Source of the DNA: Octopus sinensis
Lineage: Eukaryota
Direction of reading: 5' to 3'
DNA length: 64,000 nucleotides
NCBI RefSeq assembly: GCF_006345805.1
Contig: NC_042997.1
Location: 2,170,001 to 2,234,000, forward strand
The notes below the pieces were generated by a model. That model was not told the origin of the DNA. It searched no databases and saw only the letters and a list, made by a program, of their open reading frames with translations. Of the stretch, positions 13,710 through 27,858 are shown one piece after another. The position numbers were made by a program, and so were the translations under genes. Position 1 is the first letter of the stretch. Every line of letters starts with the position of its first letter.

Positions 13710-13728
13710 TTTAAATAAAAAAAAAATA

Positions 13729-13803
<75 letters not shown>

Positions 13804-14821
13804 CAGTCAATTCAAGGGAGTTAGATCCCATTAGGTATTATATGATCGAAAGCATTCCAATGGTTACTCACTACCATGTAAAGAGAAAGTCCCTGCAATA
13901 TGTTAGAGATTATTGTAGAAATGCATATTATTAATATTGAAAGAAAGAAAATGGAGAAAGTTGGATGTATGAATGATTTATTTCTATTATATAAAGATGT
14001 TGAAATTTTTAAAAGCATAAAAATACCAATAAATTATAAGTTGTAAAACTGAAAAAAGAAAATGCGAGATGCCCCAAGGCATATGCCATTCTAAGCATTT
14101 GGTTATTTGCTGAGAAATGTATTATTTTCAACTATATGCTGCAGAACTTCTTCAGGGTTCTTATGAACTTATAGAACTAAGGTCAGCATTTTTCTGTGAA
14201 GGAAGCGTACAAAATATTAATATGTTTAGTAAGTCAGAACCTATATATAATGTAAGTATTTCTAGGTACAGAGTTATAAATATTTTTGAAGATGTTATAT
14301 AGTAGAAAATAAATAAAGTAAATAAAAATATAAATGACAAAATAATAAAGGTAATGAAAAAAGATCAGAAGGATAAAAATGTCACCAGTAATATAATGAG
14401 AGTAAAGAAAAAATATATATGTAATATATATATATATATAGTATAAAATTTAGATAAAAAGTAACTATTTATATAATACAATGTAAATAAAAAAAAATAT
14501 TATACTTAAATATGCAAGGGAATAAGTATATAATAATATACATGAAGAGTGGGTTAGATGATAAAAATTACTATTAACAAAATTATTTCTGTTGGTTTGG
14601 TAATAGATACAGTTCAGAAAATCTACAGATGAGTAGTGATTTTATCAATATGTGTCATATTTAAAATCAAGCACAGATGAAAATTTGAAAATTGAACGTT
14701 ATAATATATATCATGGAAGCCGTTATTCTTAAATATAGAAACAATCCATATACAAATTAATATGTTTACACATTGGCACATGTTTATCTACACATTTACG
14801 CACGTATATATTGAATAACCT

Positions 14822-14891
<70 letters not shown>

Positions 14892-15854
14892 TACTAAATG
14901 TTTCAACTACATACACTAATAGTTTTCCGTACAGGCGTCTATCGCACCGTACTCCCAAAACTTTCGTGATCTCTCCTTTTGTTTATGTTTATATATATGC
15001 AGACTATTTGTCAAAGTTATTTGTTTTTTGTAAATAAATACTATTAGGAAAGATAAGTTCTTAGGGTTATATGTAGGGGTAATTAATGTTTTAAATTGTT
15101 CAGTTAATACGTGAGAAAACGAAAAAAAATACATTGAACGAGAGTGTAGAAAGAAAAACATAAAACTATCATGTAATGAAATAAAAGACTTGTAGATTTT
15201 AAGGGAACATGTATTTTGGTATATGTTATAATGTAATATAATAAGTTTTTAATTATTAATTATTAGCTAAATGAATATGTAGATTGAAGATCATTCGATT
15301 GTAAGAAGGAATAGCATATTACGTCATATGAAGAAAAGCAGATTATCAATATTTATGTATTATGACTATAGGTTACTAAAGTACATTGGAACTATTTAGT
15401 GGGTACACCGAGTATGATATTTAAATTGAAATATAACAAAACGAATAAGAATTATGCTAGAATAATACTATAATTGATTCGGGCAAATGTGTTTAGCGAA
15501 GGGCAATATCATTACTGCCTGAAACCAGCATGTAGTTTCTAGAGATAATGAGAAATTTTTGCCATGTAAATTTAATAATTGTTCCAAACAGAAGAATTTG
15601 GGATACCAATCTCTAATTGAAACCAAGGTAAACACCTCTACTATATAGAGGCATCTCAATCTTATTATAAGACCAGCTTGGCTAACCACGAATGTTCTTT
15701 TAGAATCTCTGCCAAACGTTCTTCGACTAGTCTTAGTAAATGTATCTGGAAATTAAAAGAGAATAATATATATTTTTAATTACTTGTAAGATTATGTTCT
15801 GCAAAATCTTACCGCCAACTGGATAGAAGTGAACTCTCTACTCTCTTTTACACT

Positions 15855-16035
15855 TTTACTTGTTTCAGTCATTTGACTGCGGCCATGCTGGAGCACCGAT
15901 GATATCGACCCCCAACACTTATTCTTTGTAAGCCTAGTACTTATTCTATCGGTGTCTTTTGCCGAACCGCTATGTTACGGGGACGCAAACACACCAACAT
16001 CGGTTGTCAAGCGATGTTAGGGGGACAAACACTGT
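15855..16035 (-). mobile_element. SINE-like repeat of the tcagtcatttgactgcggccatgctggagcacc family (decayed copies at 4610-4735 and 13060-13222)
   Basis: Three colinear similar segments, each ending next to (CA)/(TA) tracts. Confidence 0.65.
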
Positions 16036-17589
16036 CACACAAACACACACACACATATATATACATATATACGTCCAAAATCTAATAATACATTATATAT
16101 GTGGATGGTCAGATCGATTCACATTTGAATAAATCAATACTTACATAATTGAATAGACATTCAACGACAAGCACAAAACCATATGTGTTTATGTATGTAA
16201 AAATACATGCACACATACAAACACACACACACATATACATACATACTTATATTTATGTACATGTTAAAATTACTGTGTGAATTCATGATTTTGGGTGTTT
16301 TATTTGTTTCTGTATTTGTGCATGTGTGTATATAGATGTAGAGATTCACAGAAATGGTGTGAAGAGAGACAGTATTTCGTCTGTCTTGTTTAGATGATAG
16401 ATTTTGTAAATGTTATCGTGTATTTCAACCTAATTCATTTGTCGTTACCTGCACGTTTAAATTTGCTTTATTTTCCCAATATAGTATTCAAATCTTGTTC
16501 ATCACTTTCGGGAATGAATCACTTGTGTGGGAATTTTGTATTTGACACAGGGTTGTCAATGCAAACTAATATAATGAATGTAGATTCTTGTTATTTTTAT
16601 TCGTTTACTTTTTTATATATACTGATTTTCTTTTATAATTGAAAAGAAAGAAATACATTGTACATTCTATTGAAAAGGAATTTGAGTCGAGCAAAATAAC
16701 GGTTAGCCCTTTAGGATAACTTAAATAATCATTAAACAAACAATGATAAGATATAGAATTATTCAACTCTAGTGCAACACAAGCGCGCTACGCAATACTT
16801 TGCTATACCTACAACCTTTCTCCATTGAAGTAGAAACGTCATCTTGTCCCCAAAAGAAATTGTAAATCATTCTTTTTTCAACAATGTAAACTGAATAGAA
16901 ATTCAGAGTAATTTAATTTGTCTTTTTTCGCTTCTGCTTATATACGTTTTCTTATTGCAATCTCTTCTCGGATCAAAGAACTCTTGGACATTGGAAAGAA
17001 TATATGTACAGTTTCATTATTTGTCTATATAAATATTTTTATTATCATATGAACCTGAAAACTGATGCTTATTCTCAATTTAGATTGCAGTAAGGATTAT
17101 GAGTTCAATCTTGCCATTTCTATATAAGAAAATAAATGTGGGGACGATGGGATATAAGGGACATTTAGTAATTAAATGTAATTAGGATTCTACTAATGCA
17201 CATTCAGAGACAAGATCAGAAAATGATGAGTCGAAACATGTTGAAAGGGTTTACATAGACACAATCTTATTGAAATAGCAGCTCATTTCAGCAAAATGCT
17301 ATTCAAAAGAAAAAATCAGATTTCAATTTACTAAACATGATAACGTTTCTCCTTCAATACTGGCAAATCTGATGAGTCAACTCCAGACAGACGGGCAAAA
17401 GAAAAAAAATTTCATTATCTGAATTCACTTGTTTTGCATGTAAATCTGTTTTATAGTTACTTTCTCGATATCAATATATTGTTTTTTTCCATTGCATGAA
17501 CAAAACGTCGGAGTGATGTGGGGGATAAACTATCTGCATCAAATTACTTTAAAAGCAGGTAGTAAGTTTTATATTTTTCTTACTCTTAG

Positions 17590-18186
17590 AGCAAGTTTTG
17601 AATAGATTTAACAGTTATTTTTCCAAACTTTTAATGGAAGTAACAAAAGAGAATATTCAGCATATTTTTCTTTATGAGTTTAATAAAAGCAATAAAACAA
17701 CGGAAAGTGCGAGGAATATTAATGCAGTATATGGGTAACGAACAATAAGCGTAAGCCGAAGTCAACGGTGGTTCCGCTTGAGCGGCTTAAGTCAGCGTTA
17801 GAAGGAAATCGACCATATTTGGTTTCAAGACGAAAGGTGTACTTCGATCAGGATAATGCTCGGCCACATACAGCGAGGATGATGTTTCAAAGTCTGGAGC
17901 AGTATGAATAGGAAGCAATAACTCACCCAGTATATTCGTCGGATATTGCCTCATCTAATTAAAAAATTTGAATTCTGTAGACGAGATCAGAACAGTACCG
18001 GAGGACTATTTTTCGCGACGAACAAGTGGATTTTGGGAGAGAAGCCCTGAAAATCTACCAGATAGATGGAGGAGCATTGTAGAAAATGAAACAGAGTTTA
18101 GTTTAGATAAAAAATAACTCTGTTTATCTTAATTTTGAGAAATAAAAGAAGTATATAAAAAACACATTATCTATGGGATTACCTCC
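17590..18186 (+). mobile_element. Decayed mariner 3' half
   Basis: DQDNARPHT, HPVYSSDIASSN (YSPDLAPSD-like) and LPDRWRSIVEN, with a TIR-like end followed by TA. Confidence 0.75.
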
Positions 18187-18834
18187 TATAAAATATAGAA
18201 TATGCTAGTGTGTCTTCTATAAAAATGCTCTTTGAATGTTATTTTTTCATACGTTTCACTACAATAGTGTACCACGCGTATTTAACACAATGCATATATG
18301 CTGTCAACGAGGCTCCAGAAATCTACTGTGACGCATATTACTTTGTAGGTTTTCTAATATAGTGAATGTTATGCATTGGTGCAACAAAGAATGTTTAAAA
18401 GAATAGACACGTCAGTTTTATACCAACACATTACGAATAAACGTATAATACGTATAAAGATACGGAATGATAACAGAAACAAAAGTTGTTTAGTTTAATG
18501 ATATCAAGTGTCTAATAATACAATTATAGACGAGTAAGATTAAACTCTTTTCTCATAAACATTATCTTACCACAAAATTGTCATTGCAAGATACTAAAGA
18601 CGTGATTATAGCAACACACACACACATACATACTGAATACACTCATACAGACATACACATCTCTGCACACACATACACACACACACAATGAACTCTTCTC
18701 TAACACTTCAATTGTTTACATCGCTTTATTAAATTATTTTCAAAGATACGCTATCCCCATTCATATTACAGCATAATCTCTAAAGAGCCTTAACTAACGT
18801 GTACACATTTACCTGCCAATTCAACTATATCTAC

Positions 18835-18865
<31 letters not shown>

Positions 18866-19029
18866 GGCAACACACATACACACATGTACGTACTACGCCT
18901 ATTGCATACATGTTTTTGTACGCATACATGTTCGTGTGTGTGTGTTGCCCGTATATCAACAAAATACTTTTTTCCTCGATGGTAAAAAAAGCAACAAAAT
19001 GTCTTAACATATAAATATATATATATATA

Positions 19030-19480
19030 CCGCTAGTTAATTATATAATATATCCATATATTAGAATTGTTAGCACCAATAGAAATATGACAATGTCGAT
19101 ACACTGCTTCTATATAATTCATGCGCAGAAAACTGAAGACCGTCATATGACATATTGTCTTGCCCTTGTTTAATGGCGACTGAGACTTGCCTAGTACTCC
19201 TTTACAGTCAACAATATAGGACATGTTATCTCTGTATAAAGTAGTCATGAATTACTCATCAATCATTGTAGTATGTACTTTACTTTGCATATTTGTACAT
19301 TTGATGTCTCTTCCTTCGTTAAACTCCATGTATTTTATGCTTTTCTGTACTTATCATAATGCCAGAATGAATGTTTTATATCTTATAAAGCTTCGCTTTC
19401 TCGAATTTCATTTATTCAAATCCTCTTCATTTACAATGTGTAGTAAATAAAATACATATTGTTGAAATAACTTTAAGGAG
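19030..19480 (-). mobile_element. Highly decayed PLE GIY-YIG fragment
   Basis: YIVDCKG..GKSQSPLNK..RHCHISIGANN resembles the PLE C-terminus seen at 46271-46414. Confidence 0.35.
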
Positions 19481-20684
19481 TAAGTAAATTAAAGGAATTA
19501 CTAGTATGTTTTCCTACATTATAATCTTAGGTATTAAAAAAAACTTTGTACATTATACATATAAACCTTGCCGTTGTATCCTTCATCTCATGACCATATT
19601 GCAACATCATAAATCTCTTTATCCAATATTCATAATTCCATATATCAGTGTGAAGAGTTAAAATTACTAACAAAACCCATAAAACTAGATAAAAACATTA
19701 TGTTGCAAACCTATGGTACGTAGAAAATGAATAGCTGGATAATTAGATCGTGCAAATCTTAAAGGTCTGTAGATTCATATCAACACATTCACAATTATAA
19801 AGATGTGAAACAAATAATAATACAAGTTTAACGAACGAATAAAAACGTACAGTTTCTTCATATCTTTCTCTTGTGCACTTTTAGTAACGTAAAGCGTAAC
19901 GAAAGCTACGGCAGCAGATAAACGGCTTAATTGATTGCAATGTATGTTAATCAACCGAACACTACATTTAGTTAGACAAAGCGAATTATTCTCGTAGTTA
20001 TTCATTCTATTTCCTATTAGACGTAATTACCGTCCCGATAGATAAGCGCTAATGTTGGCAGCCTTACTTACAGAATCATAAACAACACATGGTAACGCAT
20101 CTGACTGCACAGGTATACTATTCCCACTTGGTGGAGTCACCAATCTCCGAAAGAATTTGCAAACGTTAATAAAATTAAATTATTTCTTAGTAAAATGTAA
20201 TGGTACCTAATACGAAACAACAAGGGTAAAAGTCATGATATAGTATGCCTATATGTATAAGAATACACACAACCATACGTGCAAACCTCCATACCTCACA
20301 CACAGAAATCGTAATCTTCGCACAGGGACGATATTGTAAAATGAAGACTGCTATAAACGTTGTAAGTTCGGTTCGTCGTCTGACCCGGCTCATGAATCCC
20401 AAAGGTAGTTGTGGAAAACGCTAGAAATGCTGAAAGCCAAAAGCAATACATGACAAAATGTTTTAAGAATTCAATATAAAATCCACGATTTCTTGCTCTT
20501 TGTTTTAAAAGTATCGGTTAGTGTTAAACATGCTTTAAGACCACTGGAATTGTTAAAGTATAGCTCAAGAAGTTACTAGTGAATCCAAAGCTACACCGAT
20601 GTACATGTCGAAGAGGGTGTAGGTCCGAAAGTCTTGGAAACGAAAGTCACGAGGTAAGGATAACTTTGACCATGAATATTCATT

Positions 20685-20820
20685 CTACTCTAAGCAGAAG
20701 GCCCGAAATTTTGTGGAAGATGGCAAGTCGATTAGGCCGACCCCAGTACGCAACTCCTACTTCATTTATCGACCCCGAAAGGATGAAAGGCAAAGTCGAC
20801 CTCGGTGGTTTGTCCTTGAA
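20685..20820 (-). mobile_element. SINE with gcctttcatcctttcggggtcgataaa core (also 24120-24310 +, 28660-28757 - head only, 55035-55222 -)
   Basis: Four similar copies. The copy at 28660-28757 retains a tRNA-like head with gagttcaaatt. Confidence 0.75.
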
Positions 20821-22895
20821 TTTTGACTTTCGAAGGCGTACGTGTGTGTAATTAAGTTGAAAAATGCAGATGGCTACAAGAGCCAACGTTAATTGAAAAC
20901 AAAATTGCAGCATATTTAGGAGTTTATTCTGCAAGTATTTTATCAAATCTCTAATGAATGAATGCTACGAATACATCGCTGTAATATGATGGGTTTTTTT
21001 TTCAACTTTATTTTCCCTATAATATAATCAGACCAGCAGTAGTAAACTATACAAACATTGCCAAAATGAGAAATATTTGAATATGTTGGTAACTTCATGA
21101 AAATTGATATTTTGTCCGAAATAAGACAAAATTAATAACAGATGTAATATTTATTTCATTTACAGTGTTAACACATACAAACACAGAAATTTATTTAATG
21201 AAAATACCAAGAATTCAAAGTTCAATATCGATTCTCTCAGTTTAATATTAATGTTTTGTTTTGCCTGTAATATGCTCAAAATGAAATATATTTCGATTTA
21301 AGCTGCAGATTATTGTCTTAAGCAATAAAATTATCTACGTAAAGGAATTGTATTTTCTGTTTATGATATTAAATTTAACATCAAATAATTTCTAATCATA
21401 CAATACTTAGATATACCGAGCGTAAGAGATAAAAAAATACAAATTAAGTTTAGCGTTGTTAAATTGTACCATTAACATTTTTACAATAGGTAGATCTAAG
21501 TAAGACACAGGCAAAGCAGCATTTTGTGTGAAATTGTTGTATGTTCCTTGTGAGTCTACCTCTTGGGAGAAGGTTTGTTACAGGCGAAGCCTCACGAGGA
21601 AAAGTTTGGACGCAATGTGTCTTTGAAGAATATATTCTTTGAAGAATATACATACATACGTGTGTATATCTATCTTTGTGTCTATACGCCGGACTACTTT
21701 CAGCTTGGCCAGCTCAAGGCCGTAGTAAAAGATATTTACCCAAGGTCTCACGCAGTAGGACTGAACCCGGGACCATGTAGTTGTAAAATAAGCTTATCAC
21801 CAAACTACCCATACCAGAACTACAACAATACACAAGCACACACACGCGCGCGCGCATATATCCATTGTGATTGGGTAAGGGGAGTATGACTTACTATATA
21901 AATACTTTTTATAGTAGAGTTGATATTAAAATACAGATGTAAGAATTTTAAATGAACGAAATAAATGATATTTGACATACTGTAAGTTGTGCATATCAGA
22001 TATTGCAGTGGAGATCAACTACACATGTATTTAAGATTTTTAGTTTCTTTTGTAAAGTAATTCATACGCAAATGTTATAACGTAACCAGAATGAAAATGG
22101 ATTCGAGTATGGCCCTAAATATACGAATTATTGAATAGGCAAATACCTGCAGAGATATACATACATATGCATACGCGTGTGTGCGTGGATGTAAATTGTG
22201 TATTTTCACTTAGAATTATATGTGCTTTAGATGCTTCTCATTTTATTTATACGCTGGCACTCTCATCTTATTTTTCCATACATCATGGGATATTGTTTTA
22301 GTTAAGATGCATATGGATTTTCAAATTCATCATTTTATTACTTGTCATAATTCGGGGTATATTTTGAAACCTCTCACTATGCACACATCTGTCCTTCACT
22401 AATGTTAACTACTACTGTTCCCATGTTCTAACTTTGACGTGCCATACAAAGCATTCTAAAACCTCTGTTCTTTCAGTATCTACATATATGATACTGTAAA
22501 TTAATATGAAAATTAATCCCCTTACGAACGATGAAAATATTTATCTATAGCATTGTTCAGGGATACATAAACATTCCCACAAATCATAACCGCAACTATA
22601 GCATACAGGAAAGAATATCTCAGTGTGTAGTTTTGGAAATATTTTTATTTCACTATTTTTGTTATCACAAATATCAGTGCTAGATATTAGTTTTATACAT
22701 AGACACAGAACTTATAAATTAACACGATAGTACTCTATCCAGATAACCTGAAATCTGTACTCAGCCAGTTTTTCAGCATGGTCTGAGCTTGCTTGGCAGG
22801 ATGTTCTTTATTTTAAGAGAAAATATATCAAACAAATAGAAACATTATTATTTCTAAATCTCTCAACGAGAGAGAGTTTACTAACAGTATTCGAA

Positions 22896-23263
22896 AGTAA
22901 AGCTTATTTGCCAACATAATGTGGAAGTCCCGGTTATGAAAAATGTTACTGTTATTTAGCCCCAGGAAACATCACCTTCGGGTGGCTATACGACACACTA
23001 TCTGTGTCCTTATATTTTCTAACAGGGGAGTTTAGCATACCTACTCAGCACAAAGCAATATCTGTGGATCGCGGATTCCACAAGATAAATAACTCAGAAA
23101 CCGCGATCCACAGATATTGCTTTGTGCTGAGTGGGGATGTTAAACGCCCCTGTTCGAATACATAAGGAGACAGATAGTGTGTCGTATAGACAGCTGGAGC
23201 TAAATGACAGAAACATTCGTCCCAACTGGGATTGCTACATTGCGTTGGCAAATAATGTTTACT
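22896..23263. mobile_element. Almost fully palindromic 368-bp foldback element
   Basis: Arms pair from agtaaa..ttatttgccaac inward. There is a perfect 32-bp inner stem (23043-23074 / 23101-23132) with a 26-nt loop. Confidence 0.9.
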
Positions 23264-23416
23264 ACATCATACAAATATAAATAAAATTTTATCAGAAAAG
23301 TATGAATAATTCAAATGTTAAACGATCTGACCAGTATCAAGAACCTGAAACTAGAGTAAGATGCCAAAAATCTTGTAGTTATTCCACTCTACTAGAATAT
23401 ATTTATTTGTGATCCA

Positions 23417-23501
<85 letters not shown>

Positions 23502-25201
23502 AAGTTAATATATATATATATATATATTAACGTACAAATATATAATGAATTCGTTTGTAGAGTGCGTATACATAAGTAAATGGATCTTTGTCAATTTCAG
23601 TGACGTAGTTTCTCTTCTTCACTACACAAAATGACTTACTTGTGAAATAGATAGTAAAGGGCTGGGCATGTTAAAGATGGGCTTCTCTCTAGTAGAATCT
23701 AGTTGACACACTGGTCGACAATGCTATAAATTCACCTTCCATAGAATTGACGGTCCCCTCAACGTCAGCGATAAAGAATTTGTCGTCGTGAGGCATTAGT
23801 AAACAGCATTTACACGATTGCACGTTATGTGAACAAATGGAGAAGAGCTTGAAAATCTAATTTCAATATTATTCGGAACTTGTGATCATTGCTTAAATTT
23901 AAAATATTTTGTGGTGGATCAACAAGATTCGAACACTTTTGCAAATTGTTCTTTAGTAAAAATGCAATGAAATGCTTTGATGATTAGTTCTTAGCAAGTT
24001 TTAAATAAATCGAGGGGATTGCAATTTTTTCCGTTTTTTTAATTTCTTTTAAAATTTATTGTTTTTGTTTGTTGTTTTTATTACATACATTTCAAAGATA
24101 GTGACCTGGCAGTATCTTTATCGCGTGCGAACAAAATGCTTAGCGGCATTTCTTCCTATTTTATGTTTTGAATTCAAATGTCACCGGGTCATTTTTGCTT
24201 TTCATCGTTTCAGAGTCGATAAAATAAGTACGAGTTGACACTGTGGGTCGATGGGATCAAACTACCCCTTCCACACAAAATTGCAAAGCTTGTTCTAATA
24301 TTTCAAATCATAATACGCATTTCATTATATTTACATTATTTTAAAGTAATTATGTCATATTTTGGTGAGTTGTCTAACTGTTTAATATTAAATCTATCAT
24401 TCCATCGATACAGTCAACTTATCCCGATGCAGTGTTGAATGTATGCAGAAGAAAAATGGTAAGTGTGGTTTCATCATCCTTGATATTAATATATGTGTAA
24501 CGCGTTTATTATTCCTCTTATAAGATATTTGGCATTTTCTTGGTTACTTATATTGGTTTCAGTTCCAGGTGGGCCTATTCCACTACCTTTTAAGATCGTT
24601 TCATTTTGAGATATGAACATTTTATTGTAAGCAATAACGATTTGTGATGTAAGAAAATTGTCATAAAATTGCCAAGGGCGAAAAAAATTAAATAGGGGTT
24701 CAAACGGGAAACTCGTTTCATGGAAAAGAAAGTTGGATCCACCAGATGGGTTATTTATATCTATTACTATTTCCAATGGGGTACCATAAAATGAGTTTCA
24801 ATATGTATGAAACGATTTGACGTATGACCTGCAAATAAAGTTGTATATCACATACTGTAAAGTATATTGAAAGAAGGTGAATAAAAATACTGAAACTGAA
24901 ATGTTAGACAGTAAGGAAAAGGTTCCTTCTCGATTGGAGAAGGTATACCAAAAGTAAGTTAACTGAACTCTGTAGATAACCATAATGTATCATTCAATAA
25001 GAAACATATGAATGACAAAAGGGAACATACATGTAATATAATGTTCAGAGTGTTAAATCAGGATTCATGCAAGATTGCATACGAGTGTATGAAACCAGCA
25101 AAAATGGTTAACTACAATGGGATAACACTTAGGTATACTACTAAAGAAGTTCATCAATCCACATTCGGCCGGTCAACATTGTGCAGTGACGCATACAGAA
25201 G

Positions 25202-25586
25202 TGGAGGCGCAATGGCCCAGTGGTTAGGGCAGCGGACTCGCGGTCGTAGGATCGTGGTTTCGATTCCCAGACCGGGCGTTGTGAGTGTTTATTGAGCGAA
25301 AACACCTAAAGCTCCATGAGGCTCCGGTAGGGATGGTGGTGATCCCTGCTGTACTCTTTCACCACAACTTTCTCTCACTCTTACTTCCTGTTTCTGTTGT
25401 ACCTGTATTTCAAAGGGCCGGCCTTGTCACTCTCTGTGTCACGCTGAATATCCCCGAAAACTACGTTAAGGGTACACGTGTCTGTGGAATGCTCAGCCAC
25501 TTACACGTTAATTTCACGAGCAGGCTGTTCCGTTGATCGGATCAACCAGAACCCTCGTCGTCGTAACCGACGGAGTGCTTCCATCC
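25202..25586 (+). mobile_element. Near full-length tRNA-derived SINE
   Basis: A box TGGCCCAGTGG, B box GGTTTCGATTCCC, 3' end cctcgtcgtcgtaaccgacggagtgc. Confidence 0.85.
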
Positions 25587-26218
25587 ATACAGAAATAAAG
25601 AAATGTAGCATATCGTAATTCCCAAACACAGACAATACAGACTATAATTGAAAGTTTTACTGAACGCTAGTACTGGAATTCAGAAACACAAACGTAAGTA
25701 TATATATATATATATATAGGTGTGTGTGTGTGCGCGCGCGCGTGTGATTGAGTGTGTGTGCTTGTGTGTGTGTATTCCCGAATTCCTGTTCTAAGGATTT
25801 TTGTCTTTAATTACCGGTATGTGACATTGCAGTCCACGCAAAAGTTCCAGATGTGCATTAACTTCATATTTGTGGTTTTAAACATTACAGTGGTATGGCA
25901 AAGCATTTTGACATGGGCGGTAACGATTCTGCCAATTCACCGACTTTGGCATGTATATAATTATAGAGAAAAATGAAAATTCCGAATAATTAAAAAAAGG
26001 TACTAAAATGAAAGAAAAGCAGAGTGTGTACAAATACAACTGTAAGTGATCGTTAAAGAAGTGCTAAATTCTTTCATTGTCTTCTTATTTGGATTATATT
26101 TTGCTCTTCGCTACAACCACACAACGAGTTTACCGTTATGAAGCCTATATTTCATCTACAACTGAAGAAGTTAGGAATCCGACAGCTAAATCTCAGCAGG
26201 TTGTGTGCTGCACTGGAA

Positions 26219-26285
<67 letters not shown>

Positions 26286-26464
26286 TGTATGTATGTAAAC
26301 ATTCACATACAGATATATTAACAAAAGAACTAACTTATTAAATGTCTTCTACAGTATCTCACATACACTTAAAACACTTTATTAACACAAGATATCGATT
26401 TACCTTTCCATACTTTCAACGACTCTAAGAAGCTAAATTCCATTAGTCACTACATTGAACAATA

Positions 26465-26925
26465 ATAATGATAATATACGAAATTATCAAGTGTATAATG
26501 TAGATGACAAATTAAAATGTGGTAAGTTATAGAATAAAAAACCAAGAATTTCATCTCGTCGATTAATATATTTCGGTTGTAATGTTCAATGACATCAATA
26601 TTGTAAAGGCACGCTACAAATTTACGGAAAGAAATTAGAGAACATAAAAAAATTCACTTATACGCATACATATATTAGACGGGCATTACTATAGATGAAT
26701 TCGATTGAAGAAAACATCTGATAAAAATTTAAAAGCAAAAAAGAAAGCAGGGAAGAAAAATATACTAGGTCTCTAAGGTCTAACCCGTAAGCAATTTTAA
26801 AAGTTCTCTGCTGAATTGTCTCCATGACAGAGTCATTTTACAAGTATACCTCTGAAGAAATTTTTGACTCTTCATAAAAGAAGTTGCCAATCCAAATTTA
26901 AGAAAATCTAACGTTACAGGTTGTA
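26465..26925 (+). mobile_element. Possible very old PLE 3' end
   Basis: IIYEIIKC..TNLRKEIREHKK is GIY-YIG-like and is followed by acct-CTGAAGA..taacgtta-c-aggt, a decayed hammerhead-like string. Confidence 0.25.
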
Positions 26926-27356
26926 AGTTCTCAAAATCCAAATAAGAGAGGAAAGGATAAATAGGGAATGACTACTGATATCGTGGCAGTTTGTTCATCG
27001 AAAGCGCAGAGTGGTGGGGTTGGTTCAAATATGAAATGACCTATTGCCAGCTAAAGCGTCAACGTTTAGATACATGTCATTATTGGATTTAGAGAAACGA
27101 CAATTACTCAATTTCAATACTTTTATTATATTGCTTGAGTACCAAATGTGTTGCTCTACGGAACACTTACATCTATATAGCGTTCATCTAAACAAATATT
27201 TCATCTGATTCATTTGTAAAGTTTTAACTAATGTAACTTTAACTTATATTACGTAGACGGATTTGTGAATCTATAATTGTTGATAATCCAATAGCATAAC
27301 TTATATAGCTATTTATTTTTAGTGATGAACAGGTAATTAAGTATGTATGTATTAAA

Positions 27357-27858
27357 TGGAAAAATGCAAGCATGAAAAGTAATATTCTTAAAATTATAGA
27401 CCTGGAAATGTACAGGACATGTTATTACACCTGGAAAAGTGTAGGACAAGCTATTACATCTAGTAAAGTAAAGAATAAGAAATTTTTTACTTAAAACATT
27501 GCAGCAAAGAATGCCAGCTCTTTTAACTTATCACTCTTTACAATTCTCATCTATTAAAGTTATTGTACAAAACTGTTCAGCTAATTTTAATGTTCGTCAA
27601 ATTAGTCACATTTTTCTATATTTAAGGTAGTAAATTAGCCAAATTCCACTTAAATAAGTATAGTGTTAATTGTAATCTATAATAAAATAATTTTAATATT
27701 GTAAATTTAGCTGCAATATTTTAAGCAAAAAGTCTCATATTCTTTAATTTACTAGATGTAATATCTTGTCCTATACTTTTACAGGTGTAATAACTTGTCC
27801 TTTACTTTTCCAGGTCTATAATATTAAGAATATTACTTTTCATGCTCGCATTTTTCCA
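27357..27858. mobile_element. Foldback element with ~150-bp TIRs built from ~30-bp subrepeats
   Basis: 27357-27508 is the reverse complement of 27706-27858. acctggaaaagtgtaggacaagttattac-like modules repeat within each arm. Confidence 0.85.

Noticed and set aside
24486-24840. 96-aa minus-strand ORF behind an acceptor-like tttatttgcag; the same 17-mer occurs at 10436-10452
   Set aside because: An in-frame TGA lies 29 nt after the acceptor, and there is no recognisable domain, donor or partner exon.
25202-25280. tRNA-like sequence
   Set aside because: It is a SINE head with an imperfect cloverleaf, continuous with the SINE body, not a tRNA gene.
26155-26210. tacaa-CTGAAGA-agtt..agct..ttgtg next to a TA tract
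   Set aside because: GAAA and the cleavage triplet are missing. Possibly an ancient copy but unsupported.
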